Virus record (IMG/VR): IMGVR_UViG_3300032092_000005
Coordinates: 88,321-152,320 of that record
Length of the DNA stretch: 64,000 nucleotides
DNA from: a virus
Direction: 5' to 3' (one strand)
Shown: one piece after another, positions 41,059-50,182 of the stretch
Position numbering within the stretch: the first letter of the stretch is position 1
How the letters are laid out: each line of letters begins with the position of its first letter
The notes under the pieces: generated by a model
What the model saw: the letters and a program-made list of their open reading frames with translations, nothing else
Told to the model about the DNA's origin: nothing
The model's database searches: none
Position numbers and translations under genes: made by a program

Positions 41059-41957
41059 TGAACCCGAACTATCCTGTATACATCATATCAAAGGGTAGAG
41101 CCGATTCTATGTTTACTTCTCGCTCACTTGCGAGAATGAAAGTCCCTCATTATATTGCAATCGAACCTCAAGATGAAGAGCCGTATGAAAAAGCTCTAGA
41201 TACTTTCGGTATTAGAAAGTATGTAACATTACTTGTCGCACCATTCAGCAATCATGGTGACGGACCAGGTCGTGCTAGAAACTGGTGCTGGGATCACGCT
41301 ATCACAATAGGTGCAGAAAAGCATTGGGTTCTTGATGATAACATCAATGACTTCTATCGCCTTCAACACAATCAACGAATTCGTGTAGAGTCTGGTGCTA
41401 TCTTTAAAGCAGCAGAAGATTTTGTTGATCGATATGAAAACGTTCCTATTGCAGGCTTTCAATACCGATTCTTTATTGCACCCAACTCAAAGTATCCTGC
41501 TTACTCAAAGAACACACGGATTTATTCTTGCTTGTTGATTGACAATAATTGCAAGCACCGCTGGCGTGGTCGATACAATGAAGACACTGATATTTGCCTC
41601 CGTGTACTGAAAGATGGTGACTGCACAATTCAGTTTAATGTATTCTTGCAAGGTAAAGCAGCAACACAAACTGTTAAGGGTGGCAACACCGAAGAGTTCT
41701 ATCATAAAGAAGGCACACAAGACAAAACACAATGGCGCGATGGTACATTGAATCCTGAAGGCACAATTAAGAAGTCTCAGATGCTTGTCGATTTGCATCC
41801 TGATGTGTCTAAGATTGTATGGAGATACGGCAGATGGCATCACTATGTTGACTATCTTCCATTCAAAAAGAATGCACTCAGATACAAGCCAGGTATTGAG
41901 ATTGATCCTAAACCAAATAACTATGGAATGAAGTTGACTACAAACTTTAAGGGATAA
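41055..41957 (+). CDS. GT-A glycosyltransferase, TAGT/GREB1-like family
   Basis: YPVYIISKGR start, WVLDDNI (DxD-like), NTRIYSCLLI, RYNEDTDICLR, GGN motifs characteristic of TET-associated/GREB1-like GTs. Confidence 0.75.
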   Translation: MMNPNYPVYIISKGRADSMFTSRSLARMKVPHYIAIEPQDEEPYEKALDTFGIRKYVTLLVAPFSNHGDGPGRARNWCWDHAITIGAEKHWVLDDNINDFYRLQHNQRIRVESGAIFKAAEDFVDRYENVPIAGFQYRFFIAPNSKYPAYSKNTRIYSCLLIDNNCKHRWRGRYNEDTDICLRVLKDGDCTIQFNVFLQGKAATQTVKGGNTEEFYHKEGTQDKTQWRDGTLNPEGTIKKSQMLVDLHPDVSKIVWRYGRWHHYVDYLPFKKNALRYKPGIEIDPKPNNYGMKLTTNFKG

Positions 41958-41960
41958 AGT

Positions 41961-42815
41961 ATGAGTATAGTCAATGAGATTGGTAAAGAAGGATTAAAAA
42001 GATATCTTGAAAACTGCGCTAAGGTTGCAGATATTGATATTGAAGATGCATTTAAAGTTACAGTGAATTGTATCAAAGCGCATGATGGCGCAAGTATTAA
42101 TGATGACGATATGCGCCAAATGAAAGTCCTTGAGAATAGGTGGTATGCGTCATTGAATAGTGAGACACCAGATTATTCTGTCTATTCTGATCCCTATTAT
42201 TTTTGTGAAGTATGGATGTGCTGGGTAAAATACTCAAGAAGATATCTCAAAGAAATTAATTCTTTCAAGTCAATGTCTGGTAGAAGTATAGTCGATTATA
42301 TAGGTAATATAGATAATGTTATTGATTTAGGATGTGGCTTTGGTTATACTACTGTCGGTATGAAAGAGTTGTTCCCTAACTCTGATATATATGGAACAAA
42401 CGTCAAAGATAACTATCAATATAAAATGGCAACAGAGTTAGGCGAGAAACATAATTTTAAAATTGTCGAAAATATTACTCAAATTGAAAATACAAAGTCT
42501 AGTTTAATCTTTGCATCTGAATACTTTGAACATTTTGATAGACCTATCGAACATTTAATTGAGGTATTAGAGTATAATTCTCCAAAGTTTATGTTAATAG
42601 CTAATACATTTAATGGAAAAGCAATAGGACATTTCAATGAATATAAACACAGTACTAATCGATATAATGGAAAAGAAATTGGAAGATTATTTGGCAAAAC
42701 ATTGAGAGAATACGGATACGAAACTGTTGATACGAATTGCTGGAACAATAGACCCGCATTTTGGGAAAAGAAAAGTAGTTCTAAGTCGCCGCTTGCTAAG
42801 TTTTTAATGGATTAA
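41961..42815 (+). CDS. Class I SAM-dependent methyltransferase (small-molecule/sugar type)
   Basis: Motif I VIDLGCGFG; IFASEYFEHF.P post-II motif; no DPPY/NPPY or PC motif of DNA MTases. Confidence 0.8.
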   Translation: MSIVNEIGKEGLKRYLENCAKVADIDIEDAFKVTVNCIKAHDGASINDDDMRQMKVLENRWYASLNSETPDYSVYSDPYYFCEVWMCWVKYSRRYLKEINSFKSMSGRSIVDYIGNIDNVIDLGCGFGYTTVGMKELFPNSDIYGTNVKDNYQYKMATELGEKHNFKIVENITQIENTKSSLIFASEYFEHFDRPIEHLIEVLEYNSPKFMLIANTFNGKAIGHFNEYKHSTNRYNGKEIGRLFGKTLREYGYETVDTNCWNNRPAFWEKKSSSKSPLAKFLMD

Positions 42816-42834
42816 TATTTAAAGGATGATAATT

Positions 42835-42993
42835 ATGAAAACTATGTTGATATACTTAGGATGTATCTTCTATACACTGTACATCTATACAGTACTTTTT
42901 ATGCCTAGAGGTGTTATGGCGATGATTCCAGCTAAGGTACTAGCATTCCCAATGGACAATTGGCTATCCAGAAGGTTTTTCAAGATAAATTGA
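42835..42993 (+). CDS. Small hydrophobic membrane protein (52 aa)
   Basis: MKTMLIYLGCIFYTLYIYTVLFMPRG..., with an AAGGA RBS upstream; below the ORF-track cutoff. Confidence 0.5.
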   Translation: MKTMLIYLGCIFYTLYIYTVLFMPRGVMAMIPAKVLAFPMDNWLSRRFFKIN

Positions 42994-43001
42994 GGGAATT
43001 C

Positions 43002-43062
43002 GTTGCTTTTTTGCAACAAAACCAAAAATAGTTGTTGACGGGACTGGCAAACCTGTTATTAT
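43002..43062 (+). promoter_or_regulatory. GTTG-N8-CAAC box plus sigma70 promoter
   Basis: GTTGCTTTTTTGCAAC (43002-17), 17 nt, TTGACG-16 nt-TATTAT with an extended TG. Confidence 0.75.
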
Positions 43063-43096
43063 AGAGTCTTAGTGATTGAGATTTAAGGATAACAGT

Positions 43097-43669
43097 ATGA
43101 ACCACATAGAACATCCAGACGCATATGCTGCCGCTACCAAGCGCAACATCATCATGAATGCCCGCACGACATTCTTCCGCACAGTTGCCGATGCACCTCA
43201 GATTATTGAGTACTTGGATCGTCAACCCGACCGTAACCAATTTGCGCAAAGCCTGCGTATGGCTCTTGACAACTATGGCAAGTTGACAGAAAAACAATGC
43301 CAAGCGGTTCGTAACTCTATGGAGCGTGAGGTACAGTGGAAGGCTGAGTACTTAGCTAAAGCCACCGCTGCTGCTGCAAGCCAAAAATTCGTTGGCGAAG
43401 TCGGCAAAAAGGTAACCCTTACTGTTACAGTTAAAAAAGAAATTATGGTTGACCGCCCGAAGTTTCATTACTACGATAGCGGTACATCCAACATTCGCCT
43501 TTGCCAGGATCAAGATGGCAATGTCATTGTATTCTCGGGCAATGCAGCCTTCCCACTTGAAGGCGAGACGGCTACCATCACTGCCACAGTAAAGTCTCAC
43601 CGCGTATACAGCCGCAACGGTGTAGACACTCCTCAAACTACGATAATTCGTCCCAAAATTGTTGCTTAA
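43097..43669 (+). CDS. Hypothetical early protein, possible C-terminal OB-fold
   Basis: Start ATG 43097 with AAGGA; beta-rich C-terminus (FVGEVGKKVTLTVTV...TITATVK). Confidence 0.65.
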   Translation: MNHIEHPDAYAAATKRNIIMNARTTFFRTVADAPQIIEYLDRQPDRNQFAQSLRMALDNYGKLTEKQCQAVRNSMEREVQWKAEYLAKATAAAASQKFVGEVGKKVTLTVTVKKEIMVDRPKFHYYDSGTSNIRLCQDQDGNVIVFSGNAAFPLEGETATITATVKSHRVYSRNGVDTPQTTIIRPKIVA

Positions 43670-43712
43670 AAACAACAATTCGGTTGCTTTTTTCTGGATG
43701 CTGGTGTATAAT
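43661..43712 (+). promoter_or_regulatory. GTTG-N8-CAAC box plus sigma70 promoter
   Basis: GTTGCTTAAAAACAAC (43661-76), 7 nt, TTGCTT-17 nt-TATAAT. Confidence 0.75.
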
Positions 43713-43740
43713 AAATACATAAATTCGAAAGACTGCCCTA

Positions 43741-45930
43741 ATGCTTGATACCAATATCTCCCGTTCCAATCTAGCTAAACTGTTAGCTACTGAGGACATT
43801 ACCGTATCTTATAAGAAGGTTGAAACGGCTTCGTTCAACCTTGTTACCCGCGAACTCATTCTCCCAATTTGGAATGACGTTACTCCTGAGATTTATGACC
43901 TGCTAGTTGGTCATGAAGTTGGTCACGCACTGGATACTCCTAGAGCATATCTGGATGCTGCTAATGCTGGTGGACGTAATTTTGCTACATTCCTGAACGT
44001 GATTGAGGATGCACGGATCGAACGTAAAATCAAAGTGCGCTACCCTGGACTGCGCAAGCCTATGGCTATTGCGTACCGTCAATTCATTGACCGCGATTTC
44101 TTCCAGATCAAAGGCAAGGACGTTTCTAAGCTCCTGCTAATTGACAGAATCAACCTACACTTCAAAGTCGGCGCATTTTCTGGCGTTAACTTCTCAGACA
44201 CCGAATTACCTTTTGTTAAGGAAATTGAAGCCGCTGAACGATTTGAACAGGTTAAAGATATCGCTACTCGCCTCTATTCATATTGCGAGGAAGAGTTAAA
44301 GCAAAAGCAGGAAGAGGCTGAGGATCGCCGTGCTAAACAACAGGAAGCTGGTGACGATTCTAATGGCGATTTTGGTTCCGACGATCAAATGGATGATCAA
44401 GATGATGACCAAGAAGAATCTCCTGTAGAAGATGGTGATTATTCCAATGAAGATGGTGACGATGGTGATTTTGATGAGGAAGATGCACCTGCTCCTTCTG
44501 GATGGTCGGCTGGCAAAATGGATGAAACCGATGAAACCATTGAAGACTACAAGGACGAGGTCAAGTCTCTGACTTCCGAAGCTTTGGAAAACAATCTGAA
44601 AGGCCTTGCTGAAACAAAAAACATTCAAGTCGGCAAATTGCCTTCTACAACAGACTTTGACCTGAAAGAAATTATCATTCCGTTCAAGGAACTTTCGTTT
44701 TTTGATCCAACATTTTACACTTCCGAATCGTATATGGCTGGTGCATTGAACGAATTCGAAACCAAAAACAAAAATGCTATTTCGTATTTGGTTAAAGAAT
44801 TTGAAATGAAAAAGAAGGCAGCCGAGTTGCGCCGTGTTACTGTAGCAGATTCTGGTACACTGAACACCAACAAGTTGCATTCTTACAAATTCAATGACGA
44901 TATCTTCCGTAAGATTGGTTCTATTGCTGCTGGTAAGAATCACGGCATTGTTCTGTTTGTTGACTGGTCTGGCTCTATGCAAGACAACATGCAAGGTACC
45001 ATTGAGCAATTGCTTACATTGACTACCTTCTGCCGTAAAGTTAATATTCCGTTTGATGTATATGCATTCACTACCGGCTTTGTTAAGAAATCTCTGATTG
45101 ATCGCCTGAAGAATGATGGTGATGAAAATACGTTGGAACTTAATGCTTTTGGGTTGATGAACATTCTTTCTAGCAACATGAAAAACCAAACTTACAAAAA
45201 GTTTGCTAATGACTTGTTGAATTTTGCCTCTGCTATGGCGAACCTATATTTAAAAGATGGTCGCCGTAATTACGCTAGAAACTACATTACGGATGATCAT
45301 GGTCTTGGCGGCACTCCTTTGAATGCAACTATCATGGTTGCAAGCGAGGTTGTTAATGCTTTCCGTGTTAAAAATAAGTGCGAGATTGTGAATGTAGTTT
45401 TTCTGACTGACGGTGAGGACAACTCTAACATCTGGACTAATGGTGATAGAAATTCTCCATACGGATACGCTACTAGAAAGATGATCGGTGCGGGCGACAA
45501 AGGCAATGTAAGCTATGTTGAGGATAAAGTTTCTCGCAAAACATATCGTGTTGGCTATAGAGGCATTACACCAACTTTGCTTAATGTATTGAAGGACAAT
45601 ACACAATGCAATTTGATTGGCTTCTACATTATCGCTAAGAAAAAAACTCATTTCGATAATGCTGGTGTGCGCCTCGGTGTAAAAAACTTGGTCGATGGAT
45701 ACACATCATTCAAGGCTGACAAATTTTTCAGCATTACTGATTATGGATATGATGAATACTTTTTGATTCCTGGCGGTTCTGACTTGTCGACCGATGATGA
45801 TTCTCTGGAAGATATCGTTGGCAAGGAAGCAGTAACTACCCGTAAACTGCGTGGTGCATTCCTCCAGATGAACCAAAACCGCTTGCTGAACCGGGTTTTA
45901 CTGTCAAAAGTGATCAAAAAGCTTGCTTAA
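43741..45930 (+). CDS. Metallopeptidase-like domain + acidic linker + vWA protein (CobT-like partner of the AAA ATPase)
   Basis: HEVGH zincin motif, NVIEDARIE, D/E-rich linker, MIDAS DWSGS, GTP, LTDGE. Confidence 0.85.
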   Translation: MLDTNISRSNLAKLLATEDITVSYKKVETASFNLVTRELILPIWNDVTPEIYDLLVGHEVGHALDTPRAYLDAANAGGRNFATFLNVIEDARIERKIKVRYPGLRKPMAIAYRQFIDRDFFQIKGKDVSKLLLIDRINLHFKVGAFSGVNFSDTELPFVKEIEAAERFEQVKDIATRLYSYCEEELKQKQEEAEDRRAKQQEAGDDSNGDFGSDDQMDDQDDDQEESPVEDGDYSNEDGDDGDFDEEDAPAPSGWSAGKMDETDETIEDYKDEVKSLTSEALENNLKGLAETKNIQVGKLPSTTDFDLKEIIIPFKELSFFDPTFYTSESYMAGALNEFETKNKNAISYLVKEFEMKKKAAELRRVTVADSGTLNTNKLHSYKFNDDIFRKIGSIAAGKNHGIVLFVDWSGSMQDNMQGTIEQLLTLTTFCRKVNIPFDVYAFTTGFVKKSLIDRLKNDGDENTLELNAFGLMNILSSNMKNQTYKKFANDLLNFASAMANLYLKDGRRNYARNYITDDHGLGGTPLNATIMVASEVVNAFRVKNKCEIVNVVFLTDGEDNSNIWTNGDRNSPYGYATRKMIGAGDKGNVSYVEDKVSRKTYRVGYRGITPTLLNVLKDNTQCNLIGFYIIAKKKTHFDNAGVRLGVKNLVDGYTSFKADKFFSITDYGYDEYFLIPGGSDLSTDDDSLEDIVGKEAVTTRKLRGAFLQMNQNRLLNRVLLSKVIKKLA

Positions 45931-45932
45931 AT

Positions 45933-45994
45933 GTTGTAAAAAAGCAACGGTTTGCAAAATAACCGTTGACTCTCCGCAAGAACCATGGTATAAT
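45933..45994 (+). promoter_or_regulatory. GTTG-N8-CAAC box plus sigma70 promoter
   Basis: GTTGTAAAAAAGCAAC (45933-48), 17 nt, TTGACT-17 nt-TATAAT with an extended TG. Confidence 0.8.
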
Positions 45995-46027
45995 AGAGTT
46001 TAGATTGATTGATTTACAAGGTTTATT

Positions 46028-47248
46028 ATGATTACCACTCAAGAAAAAATTGCGTTTATTACCGAAGCTTCCAAACGCTACGGCGCTACAGTTACCCGCC
46101 AACAATTGCGGGACATGATGGCAGAAGGCATCATCAAGCGCCAAATCTGGTTTGAATGCAATAAATACAGGTGTGGTCGTGCCGAGTATGCACTACCCTT
46201 TGAGGAATTCTCCCTCACCCCTCCTTCTGGTATCGTTTCCAATGCGCCCATTGAAACGGTAGAAAATGTAGTACCTATGGCTAAAAAAACAGAATCGGCT
46301 CCAGTAGTAGCCAAAGCGCCAACCCGCATTTCGTCCGTTCAACGGATGCAAGAGGGAGCTATCATTCCTAAAGTGAATGACTTGTATGTGCCGTTCGGCT
46401 TTTTCGATAACATGAAACGGATCGTAGGCTCACGCCGTTTCTATCCTGTGTTTGTTTCTGGTCTGTCTGGTAACGGCAAGACTTTCATGGTAGAACAAGC
46501 CTGTGCGCAACTCAAGGTAGAATGCCTCCGTGTGAATATCTCTCCTGAAACGGATGAGGATGACTTGATCGGCGGCTTCCGTTTGATTGACGGTGAGACA
46601 AAATGGTTTGACGGTCCTGTCGTGCAAGCTATGAAGTCTGGTGCAGTCCTGATTCTGGACGAAATTGACCGCGGCTCTAATAAGCTTATGTGTCTGCAAG
46701 GCGTTCTGGAAGGTAAAGGTCTTTTCGTTAAGAAGACTGGCGAATTCGTAGAGCCTGTGACTGGCTTCAACGTTATCGCTACTGCTAACACAAAGGGCAA
46801 GGGCGATGACAGCGGTCGGTACATGGCAGCTACAATCCTTGATGATGCGTTCCTAGAGCGTTTCCCTATCACGGTTGAGCAGGAATATCCTGACGTTAAA
46901 GTAGAGACTAAAATTCTCACCAAACTGTTCACTAGCCTCGGCATCAAGGATAAAGTATTCGCCGAAAATCTGGTGAAGTGGGCTGATATCATCCGTAAGA
47001 CTTTCGAGGAAGGTGCTATTGATGAATTGATTTCTACTCGCCGTTTGTCTCACATTGCCGAAGCTTACACTATCTTCAACAATAAGATGGAAGCCATTCG
47101 CTACTGTATCAACCGCTTTGATGCCGAGACTAAGACTTCATTCTTGGACTTGTACACCAAGATCGATGCTGAGACTAACATGCCAGCGCAGTCGGCACCT
47201 TCGACAGTGCCAACGCAGGCAGTAGAAGATGAAGAAATTCCTTTTTAA
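46028..47248 (+). CDS. cobS: CobS/MoxR-like AAA+ ATPase
   Basis: GLSGNGKT, DLIGG, LILDEID, ATANT, AFLERF; typical T4-like phage CobS. Confidence 0.9.
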   Translation: MITTQEKIAFITEASKRYGATVTRQQLRDMMAEGIIKRQIWFECNKYRCGRAEYALPFEEFSLTPPSGIVSNAPIETVENVVPMAKKTESAPVVAKAPTRISSVQRMQEGAIIPKVNDLYVPFGFFDNMKRIVGSRRFYPVFVSGLSGNGKTFMVEQACAQLKVECLRVNISPETDEDDLIGGFRLIDGETKWFDGPVVQAMKSGAVLILDEIDRGSNKLMCLQGVLEGKGLFVKKTGEFVEPVTGFNVIATANTKGKGDDSGRYMAATILDDAFLERFPITVEQEYPDVKVETKILTKLFTSLGIKDKVFAENLVKWADIIRKTFEEGAIDELISTRRLSHIAEAYTIFNNKMEAIRYCINRFDAETKTSFLDLYTKIDAETNMPAQSAPSTVPTQAVEDEEIPF

Positions 47249-47266
47249 TTAGCTGAATTATCTCAG

Positions 47267-47293
47267 AGGACCACTTGTAAGTGGTCCTTTTTT
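47267..47293 (+). terminator. Rho-independent terminator, overlapping a possible TTGTAA-17-TATAAT promoter (47275-47303)
   Basis: AGGACCAC-TTGTAA-GTGGTCCT followed by a T-tract. Confidence 0.8.
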
Positions 47294-47336
47294 CATATAT
47301 AATAGTGTATGATATTTTTTAACATGTGGAGAAATA

Positions 47337-48176
47337 ATGGAAATTGAACTGAATCTTGAACAACTAAGAGGTAAGAAAATCTTTTTGGCTACACCTATGT
47401 ACGGTGGACAATGTCATGGATCATATACCAAATCTATTGCAGACTTAATGGTAATCTGCACCCAACATGGAATTCAACTTAAGTTGTTTTACTTGTTTAA
47501 CGAATCCCTAATTACTCGCGCACGAAACTATCTTGCCGATGAATTTTTGCGGAGTGATTTTGATCATTTGGTTTTTGTTGATAGCGATATCCAATTTGAA
47601 CCTTATGACATTCTTGTTATGCATCACTACGCAATTAACAATCCTAATATGGGCGTTGTTTGCGGTCCATATCCAAAGAAAGCAATTTCTTGGGAGAAGA
47701 TCAAGATGGCAGTCGATAAAGGATATGCTGACAGAGACCCACAAGTCCTAGAAGACTTTGTTGGTGACTTTGTATTCAATGCAATTGACGGTATTGAAAA
47801 ATTCAGCGTAGAAGAACCAGTACAAGTAAAAGAAGGCGGCACTGGATTCATGCTTATCAAGCGTGAAGTATTCACAAACTTTGATGCAATGTGGCCTGAA
47901 CGTTCGTACAAACCAGACCACGCACGTACTGTTAACTTTGATGGCAGTCGTGAGATTATGGCATACTTTGATTGTGTCATTGATCCAGAATCTAAGCGTT
48001 ACCTGTCTGAGGACTATATGTTCTGCCAGTATGCTAGAAAATCTGGCTCAGAAGTATGGATGCTACCGTGGCTCAAACTGAAACACGCAGGCACATTTAT
48101 CTTTGGCGGTTCACTTGCAGCTATGGCAGCAATCGGTGCGTCAGCAACAGCAGATAGAAACTCACCAAAACGATAA
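47337..48176 (+). CDS. GT-A fold glycosyltransferase-like protein
   Basis: ATPMYGG, NESLITRARN, DxD in FVDSDI, GTGFMLI, YLSEDY. Confidence 0.7.
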   Translation: MEIELNLEQLRGKKIFLATPMYGGQCHGSYTKSIADLMVICTQHGIQLKLFYLFNESLITRARNYLADEFLRSDFDHLVFVDSDIQFEPYDILVMHHYAINNPNMGVVCGPYPKKAISWEKIKMAVDKGYADRDPQVLEDFVGDFVFNAIDGIEKFSVEEPVQVKEGGTGFMLIKREVFTNFDAMWPERSYKPDHARTVNFDGSREIMAYFDCVIDPESKRYLSEDYMFCQYARKSGSEVWMLPWLKLKHAGTFIFGGSLAAMAAIGASATADRNSPKR

Positions 48177-48181
48177 TCAAA

Positions 48182-48463
48182 ATGGCACCAGATTATAAAT
48201 TTGGTGAAGATGTGATCCTTCAAGAACTGAAGGATTACATTGATGCTACCTACAATCTACACTATGCAAGAACCAAATTTCAAGCTACAGAGTTTATTAT
48301 CGACTCTGGACATGGAGAAGGCTTTGCGCTAGGCAATATTATGAAGTACACACAGAGGTATGGTAAGAAGAATGGCAAGAACAAAGCAGACTTGCTAAAG
48401 ATTCTCCACTATGCTATAATGGCTATGCATGTACACAAAACAAATGAAGAAGGAAAATTATGA
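48182..48463 (+). CDS. DUF3310/SaV-like small protein
   Basis: HY...GFALGNIMKY..RYGKK....DLLK..HY. Confidence 0.75.
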   Translation: MAPDYKFGEDVILQELKDYIDATYNLHYARTKFQATEFIIDSGHGEGFALGNIMKYTQRYGKKNGKNKADLLKILHYAIMAMHVHKTNEEGKL

Positions 48464-49131
48464 AACTCAGTGAAGCTACAATAAATGTTCTAAAGAACTT
48501 TTCAACAATCAATACAGGACTTGTATTCAAACAAGGCAATGTATTGCGCACAATCTCTAAAGGACAAACTGTTCTCGCTAAGGCAACTATTCCAGACAGC
48601 TTTGATCATGAATTCACTATCTATGACTTGAATCGGTTCTTGTCTTTGATCGGTACTCTTGACTTACCTGAACTAGCTTTCAAAGAAGGCGAAAAGACTA
48701 TCAAGGTTGTATCTGGTAAATCTAAGACTACTTATGGGTTGTCTGACGAATCTATGGTTGTTGCACCTCCAGCTAAAGATATCAAGATTGAAAATCCAGA
48801 AGTGAGTTTCATTTTGACTAAAGATGACCTTGCTCAGGTATTACAAATGGCTGGTATATTGGGCCTTCCTAATATTGCATTGCGAGGTGATCGAAACAAA
48901 ATGACCCTTGTTGCATTAGATGTAAAGAATGTCGATTCAGACGTTTTCTCGGTTGAAGTCGGCACTACTACAGCAGAATTCGAGGCATTGTTTGTTACTG
49001 AAAATTTAAAGATGGTTCCCGCGGACTATAATGTCACAATCTCTTTTAAGGGAATTTCACACCTCAAGCACACTACTGAACCAATAGAATACTGGTTAGT
49101 CCTTGAGCCAAAATCCAACCACGCAGAGTAA
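48460..49131 (+). CDS. gp45: Sliding clamp gp45
   Basis: MKLSxxTxxVLKNFSxIN, IYDLNRFL, ENLKM. Confidence 0.95.
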   Translation: MKLSEATINVLKNFSTINTGLVFKQGNVLRTISKGQTVLAKATIPDSFDHEFTIYDLNRFLSLIGTLDLPELAFKEGEKTIKVVSGKSKTTYGLSDESMVVAPPAKDIKIENPEVSFILTKDDLAQVLQMAGILGLPNIALRGDRNKMTLVALDVKNVDSDVFSVEVGTTTAEFEALFVTENLKMVPADYNVTISFKGISHLKHTTEPIEYWLVLEPKSNHAE

Positions 49132-49134
49132 CTC

Positions 49135-49524
49135 ATGGAGAAACTGTTAATTAAAGTACCAGTCTCTCTTGGAGAACTTGTCGATAAGATTACTATTCTT
49201 AGGATCAAACAGGCATGTATGACAGATGAAGAAAAACTGTCTAACGTAACGCATGAATATAATATGCTTGTTGCTATTCCAGAATACGTTGCAGTTAAAG
49301 ATACCATTGCATCACAAGAAGCGGAATTACATAAAGTTAATCAGCGCCTCTGGTATTATGAAGAAGATATCCGCGACTTTGATAAACTGGAAAGTCCAAA
49401 TATATTTGCACTCATGAGAGTTGCAAAGGGCATTCACACCACAAATGATGAACGTAGCCAAATCAAAAAAGAAATCAATATTATGTGTAACTCTGAACTA
49501 GTAGAGGAAAAATCCTATGAGTAA
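49135..49524 (+). CDS. DUF6165-like protein
   Basis: PVSLGELVDKITILRIK, LW..EE..R, ND.R..IK..IN, EEKSY. Confidence 0.75.
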   Translation: MEKLLIKVPVSLGELVDKITILRIKQACMTDEEKLSNVTHEYNMLVAIPEYVAVKDTIASQEAELHKVNQRLWYYEEDIRDFDKLESPNIFALMRVAKGIHTTNDERSQIKKEINIMCNSELVEEKSYE

Positions 49525-49786
49525 TGTTATCGTCCCATCTTCACCTGAAGACAGAAAGAAAATCAAAGATGCATTGATTGAAATTTCATCATCACTCACT
49601 CGCATGGAAGCAGAACGTGATTTGATCAAGGACATTCTTGCTGAAGTAGAAGATAAATTTGAGTTGCCTAAGAAGTATATTCGCAAGCTTGCTAAGATTT
49701 ATCATAAGCAAAACTACGCTGAGATTCGCCAAGAGCAAGATGACGTAGAGACTCTATACGAAACTGTGACTGGACCAGCAGCATGA
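49517..49786 (+). CDS. DsbA-like dsDNA-binding protein
   Basis: Helical 89-aa protein with K.IRKLAKIYHKQN...E.LY, as in T4-like DsbA homologues. Confidence 0.7.
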   Translation: MSNVIVPSSPEDRKKIKDALIEISSSLTRMEAERDLIKDILAEVEDKFELPKKYIRKLAKIYHKQNYAEIRQEQDDVETLYETVTGPAA

Positions 49787-50130
49787 CAGTAAATACTAAG
49801 CGAAGTTTTCTAAGAGGCGCAGGATTATTTGGACTCATTGCTGGTATTGGCAGTGCAGCAGCAGCGGAATCTTTGACTGCTTCATTACCAGAAGTAAAAG
49901 AAGATATTAGTCATCTAGCGCCGCCACAGAATGCTACTACTATTCAATTTACAGGCGCATATGGCAAACAGCCAGAGCCTCAACCCGTGAGTGCCACATG
50001 TGGCAATTCTTTTTACATTAACGGATTCAATCAAGAAACGACACACAAAGTATGTATGTCTGTTGGACTTGACAATCGCCTTTGGCTAAAAGTTGGTGAT
50101 GAATGGCGCCGTGTCGCATTGGAATCTTAA
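49783..50130 (+). CDS. Hypothetical exported protein with a Tat-like signal peptide
   Basis: TKRSFLR + hydrophobic stretch + AAAA-E cleavage site. Confidence 0.6.
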   Translation: MTVNTKRSFLRGAGLFGLIAGIGSAAAAESLTASLPEVKEDISHLAPPQNATTIQFTGAYGKQPEPQPVSATCGNSFYINGFNQETTHKVCMSVGLDNRLWLKVGDEWRRVALES

Positions 50131-50138
50131 CATTGTGT

Positions 50139-50182
50139 TTGCATTCTAACATCGCCTGTGTTACAATACGTAGGTGATGTTA
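50139..50182 (+). promoter_or_regulatory. sigma70-type promoter within an inverted repeat, upstream of gp44
   Basis: TTGCAT-17 nt-TACAAT; TAACATCGCCT...AGGTGATGTTA arms flank the -10. Confidence 0.55.

Noticed and set aside
41961-42815. DNA adenine or cytosine methyltransferase call
   Set aside because: Lacks the DPPY/NPPY and PC/ENV catalytic motifs; the pattern fits small-molecule or sugar methyltransferases.
44296-45189. 297-aa minus-strand ORF
   Set aside because: Lies wholly opposite the well-supported vWA-peptidase gene and has no recognisable motifs.
46028-47248. Cobalamin biosynthesis function for CobS
   Set aside because: No CobN or other cob genes are present; the family is a general MoxR-type AAA+ ATPase.
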